Assembly: GCA_910577505.1 (NCBI GenBank)
Contig: CAJTLN010000001.1
Location: 584,950 to 616,949 of the forward strand
DNA: 32,000 nucleotides
Origin: an uncultured Bacilli bacterium
GTDB taxonomy: Bacteria > Bacillota_I > Bacilli_A > RF39 > UBA660
Reading direction: 5' to 3'
Shown here: positions 15,746-23,391 of the stretch, one piece after another
Position numbering within the stretch: the stretch's first letter is position 1
Layout: every line of letters begins with the position of its first letter
Notes under the pieces: model-generated
Seen by the model: only the letters and a program-made list of their open reading frames with translations
What the model was told of the DNA's origin: nothing
Databases searched by the model: none
Program-made: the position numbers and the translations under genes

Positions 15746-16522
15746 ATGGAAAATAAAGAAGTTATGTATCATATTGGTCTTAGTAAAAAAGATATAAAAG
15801 GTGCTAAATATGCAATATTACCAGGAGATCCTGGAAGAGTACCAAAAATAGCAGCATGCTTAGATGATGCTGTAAAAATTGGTCAAAATAGAGAATATAC
15901 TAGTTATTTAGGAAAAATAGAAGATGAATATGTCTTAGTAATGTCTACTGGTATGGGTGGACCATCTACTGCTATTGCTGTTGAAGAGCTAGCTCAAATA
16001 GGGTTAGAAAACCTTATAAGAGTAGGAACTTGTGGTGGAATGCAACTCGATGTATCAGCAGGAGATTTAGTAATTGCTCAAGCTGCTATTAGACAAGAAG
16101 GAACAAGTAAAGAATATGTACCAATTGAATATCCTGCTGTTGCTGATTTTGATTTAACAGCTTCTCTTCGTGAAGCTGCAACAGAACTTGGCTTTACTTT
16201 TCATACTGGTGTTGTACAATGTAAGGATTCATTCTATGGTCAACATTCTCCAGAAAGGATGCCTGTATCTTACGAACTAGAAAACAAGTGGAATGCTTGG
16301 ATTAAAGCAGGAGCATTATGTAGTGAAATGGAAACTGCGTCATTATATATCGTATCATCAGTTTTAAGATTAAAAGCAGCAGCCATTTTATCAACAGTAT
16401 GGAATCAAGAAAGAGAAAAATTAGGAATGCCTCAAGAAACAAATTTAGATGTTGATAAAGAAATAATTGTTACTATAAAAGCTTTAACTAACATCATCAA
16501 GAAGGAGGCAAAAAATGAATAA
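15746..16522 (+). CDS. udp: uridine phosphorylase
   Basis: Strong collinear similarity to E. coli Udp from memory (HIGL.K.D..GA..AI.PGDP.RV.KIA, STGMGGPSTAIAVEELAQIG, RVGTCGG). Sits next to cdd. Confidence 0.85.
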   Translation: MENKEVMYHIGLSKKDIKGAKYAILPGDPGRVPKIAACLDDAVKIGQNREYTSYLGKIEDEYVLVMSTGMGGPSTAIAVEELAQIGLENLIRVGTCGGMQLDVSAGDLVIAQAAIRQEGTSKEYVPIEYPAVADFDLTASLREAATELGFTFHTGVVQCKDSFYGQHSPERMPVSYELENKWNAWIKAGALCSEMETASLYIVSSVLRLKAAAILSTVWNQEREKLGMPQETNLDVDKEIIVTIKALTNIIKKEAKNE

Positions 16523-17039
16523 ATTAAAAAAACATTTTAAAAATAATCTTCCCATATATGCTGTTTTAATAGCTTGTATTGCAATATTATGTGTAGCAAT
16601 ATTTGTAACACATGAAGAAGAAGTACCAAAAGTAGATACATCAAGATTTGAAGTCGTAACACTTAAAGAAACTTTAGAAATGTTTGAAGATCCATCCCCT
16701 AAATTATTAATAATAGGTCTTAATACATGTACTGCTACAATAAATTATGTACCATATCTTCAATATGCTCAAATAGAAAATGGTTTTAAAACATACTATT
16801 TAGAACTTGATGATATTACAGGCGACCAAATTGATGATTATAACAAATTAGTAGAAAAATTAGACTTTGAATATAACTTTATGGGTGAGACTGACCAATT
16901 TGGAAAATTTATAGGAAGTACTCCAATGACTGTTATAATAAAAAATAAAAAACAAGTCTTTGGTTACATTGGTAGCATGAATACATCTTCTTTAGCTTCT
17001 ATAACTAAACTTCATGGTGTAGCTACTAAAGAAGAATAA
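16515..17039 (+). CDS. membrane-anchored thioredoxin-fold-like protein with degenerate CxxC (C-T-A-T)
   Basis: ATG overlaps the udp stop by 8 nt, and AAGGAGG lies inside the udp 3' end. N-terminal TM (LPIYAVLIACIAILCVAIFV). LLIIGLNTCTAT and TPMTVIIKN resemble the thioredoxin beta1/active-site and cis-Pro strands. The fold call is tentative. Confidence 0.35.
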   Translation: MNKLKKHFKNNLPIYAVLIACIAILCVAIFVTHEEEVPKVDTSRFEVVTLKETLEMFEDPSPKLLIIGLNTCTATINYVPYLQYAQIENGFKTYYLELDDITGDQIDDYNKLVEKLDFEYNFMGETDQFGKFIGSTPMTVIIKNKKQVFGYIGSMNTSSLASITKLHGVATKEE

Positions 17040-17062
17040 TATAATTAAATAGGAGGAAAAAA

Positions 17063-17716
17063 ATGAAAAATAATGAAGTTTTATCTAATGCCTTTAAATG
17101 GCTATTTATTGGATTACTAATATGCTTTGGTATATCATATGTATCAACATTAAATGAGGACATATTCCTTTTAACTTATGGATCATTTGGTGGAAATGCA
17201 TTCCTTGTATATGCTATTGCAGAAATAGTTTTAGCAATAATATTATCAGTAAGAATAACAAAAATGAAACCACTAACAGCAAAAATACTATATATTGGTT
17301 ATTCACTACTTACGGGATTAAGTCTAAGTGGAATATTCTTAATATATACTGCTAGTTCACTTACATTTGTCTTCTTAGTAACAGCAATAATCTTTGGCGC
17401 ATTTTCTATCATAGGAAAAACTACTGACATAGACTTATCTAAATGGTATATATACTTATTTGTTGCTCTATTAGCTATAATCATTTTAGAAATAGTAAAT
17501 ATATTCCTACTAAATAATACATTAAATATAATTTTAGGAATAGTAACAATTTTAGTATTCTGCGCCTATACAGCATATGATGTTCAATTGGCAATGAATA
17601 ATGAATTCTTAGCTGAATGCGAAAATAAAGGAATATATATAGCATTTCAATTATTCTTAGACTTTATAAATTTATTCTTAAAGTTACTAAGATTATTTGG
17701 AAAATCAAGAGACTAA
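17063..17716 (+). CDS. Bax inhibitor-1/YccA family membrane protein
   Basis: AGGAGG RBS, about 7 hydrophobic helices, and a size and C-terminal region (AYTAYDVQ...FLDFINLFLKLLRLFG) typical of the BI-1 family. Confidence 0.7.
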   Translation: MKNNEVLSNAFKWLFIGLLICFGISYVSTLNEDIFLLTYGSFGGNAFLVYAIAEIVLAIILSVRITKMKPLTAKILYIGYSLLTGLSLSGIFLIYTASSLTFVFLVTAIIFGAFSIIGKTTDIDLSKWYIYLFVALLAIIILEIVNIFLLNNTLNIILGIVTILVFCAYTAYDVQLAMNNEFLAECENKGIYIAFQLFLDFINLFLKLLRLFGKSRD

Positions 17717-17736
17717 AAAGTCTCTTTTCTTTTTAG
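17708..17736 (+). terminator. intrinsic terminator
   Basis: agagact (17708-17714) / agtctct (17719-17725) stem, 4-nt loop, T-rich tail. Confidence 0.7.
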
Positions 17737-17791
17737 TTTTCTTTACTTATATAAATCCAAAGTATATAATAAATTGAACGGAGTGATTGAT

Positions 17792-18817
17792 ATGAAAAGA
17801 GTTCTTATCGGTATGTCTGGTGGTGTCGATTCATCAGTAGCAGCTTATTTATTAAAAAAAGAAGGCTATGAAGTAATAGGAATAACTATGTCTTTATTTA
17901 CTAAAGAAGAAGATCAATCTGTAATTGATGCCAAAGAAGTATGTCAGAAATTAAACATTGAACATCATGTAGTATCATATGTTGATGAATTTAAAAATCA
18001 TGTAATTAATAATTTTATCGAATCATATCTTAATGCTAAAACGCCAAATCCATGTATAGAATGTAATAAATTTCTAAAGTTCGGTTTATTGTGGAATAAA
18101 GCCAAAGAACTTAATTGTGACTATATTGCCACTGGTCATTATGCTAAAATAAAAGACAATAAACTATATAAAATAAATTCGCCAAAAGATCAAAGTTATT
18201 TTTTATATAAAATAAATAAAGAAGTTCTTCCTCACATTTTATTTCCTTTAAGTTCATATACCGATAAAGAAAGTATTAGAAAAATCGCAGAAAAAGAAAA
18301 TCTTGTAACAGCTAGAAAAAAAGATAGCCAAGATATATGCTTTATAGAAAATGGCGATTATGCTTCATTCCTAGAAAAAAATATGGACCAATTACCAAAT
18401 AAAGGAAATTTTATACTAGAAGATGGAACAATAATTGGTAAACATAAAGGAATAATTTACTATACAATTGGTCAAAGAAAAGGACTAGGTATAAGTTATG
18501 AATATCCCTTATATGTTATAAAAATAGATAAAAATAATAATCAAGTTATTTTAGGTAAAGAAGAACAATTATATAACAATACAATAATAATAAATGACGT
18601 TAATTTATTAGTAGACCAACTTCCAAAAACTTGTACAGGAAAAATAAGATACAAATACCAACAAACACAATGTAATATAGAAGTAATTGATGTTAATACA
18701 ATAAAAGTTAAATTTAAAGAAAATGTTAAATCAGCTACTCCAGGTCAAGCACTAGTTCTATATGATAATGATATATGTCTTGGTGGAGGAACAATAAAAG
18801 AAATTTATAGTGAATAA
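17792..18817 (+). CDS. mnmA: tRNA 2-thiouridine(34) synthase MnmA
   Basis: GGAGTG RBS then ATG at 17792 (the track TTG at 17774 is less likely). PP-loop GMSGGVDSS, catalytic Cys regions (NPCIECNKFLKF, DSQDICF), typical length. Confidence 0.9.
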   Translation: MKRVLIGMSGGVDSSVAAYLLKKEGYEVIGITMSLFTKEEDQSVIDAKEVCQKLNIEHHVVSYVDEFKNHVINNFIESYLNAKTPNPCIECNKFLKFGLLWNKAKELNCDYIATGHYAKIKDNKLYKINSPKDQSYFLYKINKEVLPHILFPLSSYTDKESIRKIAEKENLVTARKKDSQDICFIENGDYASFLEKNMDQLPNKGNFILEDGTIIGKHKGIIYYTIGQRKGLGISYEYPLYVIKIDKNNNQVILGKEEQLYNNTIIINDVNLLVDQLPKTCTGKIRYKYQQTQCNIEVIDVNTIKVKFKENVKSATPGQALVLYDNDICLGGGTIKEIYSE

Positions 18818-18873
18818 ATATTGAATAACAAAAATAACTATGATAGAATTAACAATGTTGAGAGACATTGTCT

Positions 18874-18950
18874 GGTCCGTTGGTGAAGTGGTTTAACACA
18901 TAACCCTCTCAAGGTTACATACATGGGTCCGAATCCCATACGGATCACCA
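18874..18950 (+). tRNA. tRNA-Glu, anticodon CUC, with encoded CCA
   Basis: Cloverleaf by hand: acceptor GGTCCGT/ACGGATC (one G-U pair), anticodon stem taacc/ggtta with loop C-U-CUC-A-A, T stem atggg/cccat. Overall near-collinear with Bacillus tRNA-Glu as I remember it. Candidate promoter TTGAAT (18822-18827) / TGaTAGAAT (18841-18849) lies upstream. Confidence 0.85.
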
Positions 18951-18963
18951 AATTGATGATTTT

Positions 18964-18987
18964 AGCCCTGTAAAAGGGCTTTTTTTA
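18964..18987 (+). terminator. intrinsic terminator after the tRNA
   Basis: agccct (18964-18969) / agggct (18975-18980) stem, then TTTTTT. Confidence 0.75.
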
Positions 18988-19026
18988 TAAAAAAAAATTA
19001 TAAAATAAAAATGAAGGTGAATTAAT

Positions 19027-19650
19027 ATGGAATATTTAGATATTTATGATGAAGAAAGAAATTTTTTAGGAAAAGAAGATCGTAACATCGTTCATCGTGA
19101 TGCTTTATGGCACAATACAGTTCATTGTTGGCTATATGATTCAGAAGGAAACATCTATTTTCAAATAAGAAAAGAAGAAGAAAAACTTTATACAACAGCA
19201 TCAGGTCACGTTCTAGCTGGAGAAACAATAAAAGAAGCATTTGGTCGTGAAATATATGAAGAAATAGGTATCAAAATAGATTATGAAAAAGCTGAATTTG
19301 TAAATATTTATAAATTTATTATGGACAAAGAGAAAAAAGATGGAACAATCTTTAGAGACCGCGCTTTTTCCAACGTATATGTTTGTATTTTTAATGGTGA
19401 AATAGCTAATTTCAACTTTGATGAAAATGAAGTTCTAGGATTAGTTAAAGTAAATGCCATTCAGACTTTAGAAATTTTAAAAAATGAAAAAGGTACAATT
19501 GATGGTATTGTAATAAAAAAAGACCAAGAATCAAATACTGAAATTAATAAAAAAATTAATTTTGAAGATTTCTTAGTAAACAAAGGTGAAACAGCTTTAG
19601 GAAAATATGGAGATGTTTTAAATAAAGTTATTGAGCTTACCAATAAATAA
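19027..19650 (+). CDS. NUDIX hydrolase
   Basis: GAAGGTGA RBS. Nudix box GHVLAGETIKEAFGREIYEEIGI. Confidence 0.85.
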   Translation: MEYLDIYDEERNFLGKEDRNIVHRDALWHNTVHCWLYDSEGNIYFQIRKEEEKLYTTASGHVLAGETIKEAFGREIYEEIGIKIDYEKAEFVNIYKFIMDKEKKDGTIFRDRAFSNVYVCIFNGEIANFNFDENEVLGLVKVNAIQTLEILKNEKGTIDGIVIKKDQESNTEINKKINFEDFLVNKGETALGKYGDVLNKVIELTNK

Positions 19651-19722
19651 TGTCAAAAAAATGTCACTACTCTTTATAAAAAATAAAAAATATAGTATAT
19701 TAAAGATAGGGAGAGTGGTAAT

Positions 19723-19770
19723 ATGAAAAAAATATTACTAAAAAATAAAAATATCAATAAATTTTTTTGA
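19723..19770 (+). CDS. candidate 15-aa small ORF (MKKILLKNKNINKFF)
   Basis: Not in the ORF track because it is too short. GGGAGAGTGG RBS about 5 nt upstream of the ATG at 19723, TGA at 19768. A terminator follows directly. Confidence 0.25.
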   Translation: MKKILLKNKNINKFF

Positions 19771-19779
19771 GTCTCTAAA

Positions 19780-19812
19780 AACGTGTTATTAAAATAATAA
19801 ACACGTTTTTTG
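19780..19812 (+). terminator. intrinsic terminator
   Basis: aacgtgtt (19780-19787) / aacacgtt (19800-19807) stem, then a T-run. Confidence 0.7.
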
Positions 19813-19894
19813 TTTGAAAAACTACCATTAAAATAAAATATTGAAAACAATTTCAGTAATTATGTTATAATAATCATCATTTAGAGGTGATTAC

Positions 19895-20428
19895 ATGAAA
19901 GTTGAAAAGAAAATGGTTATAGGATTGGCATCAATCTTATTTACAGTATTATTAATTTTGTTTATCCAAAATTACGTGTCATATGTTAACTTAAGAAAAG
20001 TAACAAAAAGTCCTTTTAGTATAATAGAAGTCCTAGGTCAAAAAATAAGACTCAAAGATAGTGAAAGAACATATAATGTCGATATAAAATGTGATTCGTT
20101 AACAGATGCTAATACTCAAATATTGTATTATCGTTTAAATGAAAAATACAATGATTATAAAATAACAGTTTCTAATAAAGTTTTCAACAATCAAAATGTT
20201 GTAACAGATGATTATAAAAATATTACAGAAATTGATACAAATATAAGTATTATTGATCCAAAAAATAAATATGAACAAGTTTATCATATCAAAGCTACTT
20301 GCCAAATTGATGAGGAAAAAATAAGACAAGAAGAGGAAGCAAAAAAAGAAGAAGAAAAGAAAACTCAAGAACAAAATCAGGAGAAAAATGGTAGTAATAA
20401 ATCAACTAAAAAAACAACAAAGAAATAG
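19895..20428 (+). CDS. membrane-anchored protein with Lys/Glu-rich C-terminal tail
   Basis: GAGGTGA RBS. N-terminal TM (VIGLASILFTVLLILFI). C-terminal EEEAKKEEEKKTQEQNQEK low-complexity region. Confidence 0.55.
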   Translation: MKVEKKMVIGLASILFTVLLILFIQNYVSYVNLRKVTKSPFSIIEVLGQKIRLKDSERTYNVDIKCDSLTDANTQILYYRLNEKYNDYKITVSNKVFNNQNVVTDDYKNITEIDTNISIIDPKNKYEQVYHIKATCQIDEEKIRQEEEAKKEEEKKTQEQNQEKNGSNKSTKKTTKK

Positions 20429-20439
20429 GTGAATTTATT

Positions 20440-21387
20440 ATGAAAGAAAAAATTGCTCTAACTTTATATTTAATGAATGAAGGTCATTCAATAAATGAAA
20501 TACAAAGTATGTTAAATGTAGATTATAGGGAGTTCAATAAAATATTAAAAGCCATTAGAAATGCTGGATATAATTATTCGAAATATTTTAGTTCTACTGG
20601 TGATATAACAATAAAAACAAATAAAACATTGAATTTTAATGATCGCAAAGCAGCCAGAATAAACATAAAAGATAGAATACTAAGAGCAATTTTTATATCT
20701 GATTTACATATAGGAAGTGTTTTTGAAAATCCTTCACTCCTAAAAATAGTATATAGTTATGCTAAAGGACATGATTGTCATATCATATTTAATGCTGGTG
20801 ATTTAATAGAAGGAATATATCCAGATTCACCTTATCCTCCTAAGAATCCTACTATTGAATCTCAAGTAAAGAAAGTATTACGTGTTCATCCTTTTGATCC
20901 AAACATTACTTGCTTTATGTTATATGGAAATCATGACTATCGTGCTTTAACAGAAGAAGGTTTTGACATATCTAGATATCTTGAAGATAGAAGATATGAC
21001 TTAGTATCACTAGGATATGGAGAAAGCATAGTCCATTTAAATGATGATGCAATAGCTGTGACACATGACTTAAAGAAATCTAGTAAAAATGTTGTACCTA
21101 ATAACGTATCAGCTGTATATCGAGGACATAGTCATAAATCCAAAACAAGAGATAATAAGATAATTTATATACCAGCTTTATCAGAACAAGAAATAACAGC
21201 ATATGAATTTAGACCATTAGCAGGCTTTCTAGAAGCAGAATTCGTTTTCTTTAATAAAAAAATAGCCAGAATTAATATGAAACAACTTGCAATTGTCCAA
21301 AATGAAATAAGACTAGCTAATGAAGAAACTATGATTCTTCAACCAGAATATCAAGAAAGACCACATACTTATCGCAAAAAGAAATAA
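20440..21387 (+). CDS. metallophosphoesterase (calcineurin-like) with N-terminal HTH-like domain
   Basis: AGGTGA RBS. Phosphoesterase motifs ISDLHIG, GDLIEG, GNHD, THD and GHSH in canonical order. The first ~60 aa (LMNEGHSINEIQSMLNVDYREFNKILKAIRNAG) look like a small HTH. Confidence 0.7.
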   Translation: MKEKIALTLYLMNEGHSINEIQSMLNVDYREFNKILKAIRNAGYNYSKYFSSTGDITIKTNKTLNFNDRKAARINIKDRILRAIFISDLHIGSVFENPSLLKIVYSYAKGHDCHIIFNAGDLIEGIYPDSPYPPKNPTIESQVKKVLRVHPFDPNITCFMLYGNHDYRALTEEGFDISRYLEDRRYDLVSLGYGESIVHLNDDAIAVTHDLKKSSKNVVPNNVSAVYRGHSHKSKTRDNKIIYIPALSEQEITAYEFRPLAGFLEAEFVFFNKKIARINMKQLAIVQNEIRLANEETMILQPEYQERPHTYRKKK

Positions 21388-21394
21388 AAATAGT

Positions 21395-21423
21395 TTGACA
21401 AAAGAAAAACTATTTACTATAAT
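21395..21423 (+). promoter_or_regulatory. consensus sigma-A promoter of the gltX leader
   Basis: TTGACA at 21395-21400, 17-nt spacer, TATAAT at 21418-21423. Confidence 0.75.
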
Positions 21424-21429
21424 TAAACC

Positions 21430-21640
21430 ACAAACGAGGAAAAAGAAGAGTAAATTAGTCATTATATTATAGAGAACTCTTGGCTGGTGTAAAAGAGCAT
21501 ATAAACTAATTGAAGAAACTTTGGAGTTGAATACTGTATACAAGGTATTCCGCTAGTAGCGTTAAAACATTAAGGTGTATTAATACACAAATTAAGGTGG
21601 TACCACGACATATTCGTCCTTTAGATGAATATGTTTTTTT
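21430..21640 (+). promoter_or_regulatory. T-box riboswitch leader, Glu-specific (specifier GAA)
   Basis: Stem I elements GAAGAGTA, then aattagt (21453-21459) pairing with actaatt (21505-21511). Specifier-loop GAA at 21515-21517 is followed by A. Conserved T-box sequence aattaaggtggtaccacg at 21590-21607. Terminator acatattc (21608-21615) / gaatatgt (21627-21634) plus T-run. Confidence 0.8.
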
Positions 21641-21662
21641 AATTTAGAAAGGATTGATTAAA

Positions 21663-23315
21663 ATGACTACAAAAGATTTAGCAGATTTGATATTTCCAAA
21701 TATCACAAAAACTATAGCTGATTATGAAGCTATGTATCCAGAAAGAGAATTACCAGAAGGTGCAAAAGTAACTCGTTTTGCTCCATCTCCAACTGGATTC
21801 ATGCATATAGGTAACTTTATGTCTACAGTTATTGATTATGTTATGGCCAAGAAAAATGGAGGAGTATTTTACTTACGTAATGAAGACACTGACTCAGCTC
21901 GTGAAATAGAGGGAGCTGTAGAATACATAAGACATGTTTTAGAACATTACAATATGAATCCAGATGAATATGAATATCGTGATACAAAAGAAACAAAAGG
22001 TAATTATGGACCATATATTCAATCTGAAAGAAAAGAAATATATCATACATTTATTAAACATTTAATAATTGAAGGAAAAGCATATCCTTGCTTCCTTACA
22101 CAAGAAGAAATGGATTCAATTAGAGAATCACAAACTAGAGATAAAAGAAGAATAGGTATCTATGGTAGATATGCTAAATATCGTAACCTTACTCCAGATG
22201 AAGCTGCTGAAAGAATAAAAAATGGTGAAAAATATACTATTCGTTTAAAATCACAAGGAGACTTTAATAAAAAGTTCAAATTTACCGATTTAGTAAATGG
22301 CGATATGGAATTTCCAGAAAATGATATAGATATTCCAATAATGAAATCAAGTAATCTTTTACCTACTTATCACTTTGCTCATCTAGTAGACGATCATTTA
22401 ATGCGTACAACTCATGTAATTCGCGGTCAAGAATGGGTAAGTTCTGTCCCAGTTCATTTTGAATTATTTAAAACATTTGGTTTCAAAATGCCTAAATATG
22501 TTCATACTCCATTAATTCTAAAGAAAGACGGAGATAAAATAAGAAAAATATCAAAACGCTTAGATCCAGAAGCTAGAATGACTTACTATGAAGAAAAAGG
22601 CTATCCAATTTTAGCTGTCATCGAAGCAATAATGACAATTGCCAACTCAAACTATGAAGAGTGGAGAGATAAACATCCAGAAGCACACTTTACAGAATTT
22701 GATTTCTCACCTAAAAAAATGTCAGTATCTGGAGCATTATTTGACTTAGATAAACTAGATAATATATCTAAAAACTATTTATCAAAACTTAAAGCAACAG
22801 AAGTATTTGATATGCTAGATACTTGGTCAAAAGAATATGATGTTGATTTCAATGAACTTATCAACAAGTATAAAGAATATACAACAAGTGTCTTAAATAT
22901 TGAAAGAGAACAAAAGAAACCTCGTAAAGATTATGCATCATTATCTGAAATTAAAGGACAAATATGGTATATGTTTGATGAACTATTTACTGATGTAGAA
23001 TACAATTTCGATCCTAAATTCAGTAAAGAAGACATTAATGAAGTACTAAACACATACTTTAATGAATACTATAGTGATACAGATGACAAAGATACTTGGT
23101 TCAGTAAGATGAAAGAAATGTCCGATAAATTAGGCTATTGCTCTAATATGAAAGAATATAAAGAAAATCCAGATAACTATAAAGGTAGTGTAGCTGATGT
23201 ATCAAATATAATCAGAGTAGGAGTAACAACCCTTACACAAACTCCAGATCTTTATATAATCTTACAACTACTAGGTAGTGAAAGAATAAAATCAAGAATA
23301 TCTAAAATAAAATAA
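21663..23315 (+). CDS. gltX: glutamate--tRNA ligase
   Basis: GAAAGGA RBS then ATG at 21663 (the track TTG at 21654 is possible). Class I motifs RFAPSPTGFMHIGN (HIGH) and KISKR (KMSKS). Preceded by a Glu T-box. Confidence 0.85.
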   Translation: MTTKDLADLIFPNITKTIADYEAMYPERELPEGAKVTRFAPSPTGFMHIGNFMSTVIDYVMAKKNGGVFYLRNEDTDSAREIEGAVEYIRHVLEHYNMNPDEYEYRDTKETKGNYGPYIQSERKEIYHTFIKHLIIEGKAYPCFLTQEEMDSIRESQTRDKRRIGIYGRYAKYRNLTPDEAAERIKNGEKYTIRLKSQGDFNKKFKFTDLVNGDMEFPENDIDIPIMKSSNLLPTYHFAHLVDDHLMRTTHVIRGQEWVSSVPVHFELFKTFGFKMPKYVHTPLILKKDGDKIRKISKRLDPEARMTYYEEKGYPILAVIEAIMTIANSNYEEWRDKHPEAHFTEFDFSPKKMSVSGALFDLDKLDNISKNYLSKLKATEVFDMLDTWSKEYDVDFNELINKYKEYTTSVLNIEREQKKPRKDYASLSEIKGQIWYMFDELFTDVEYNFDPKFSKEDINEVLNTYFNEYYSDTDDKDTWFSKMKEMSDKLGYCSNMKEYKENPDNYKGSVADVSNIIRVGVTTLTQTPDLYIILQLLGSERIKSRISKIK

Positions 23316-23339
23316 GTGGTTAAAAGCCACTTATTTTTG
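23313..23339 (+). terminator. intrinsic terminator
   Basis: taagtgg (23313-23319) / ccactta (23327-23333) stem plus T-run. Confidence 0.7.
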
Positions 23340-23391
23340 ACTAAAAAAGGCATTAGATTTATAATTATTGCAATGAATCAAGGGGTTTAAT

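Noticed and set aside
21313-21543. Minus-strand ORF (76 aa) spanning the gltX promoter and T-box leader
   Set aside because: The region is fully explained by the consensus promoter and T-box RNA elements on the plus strand. The ORF has no RBS.
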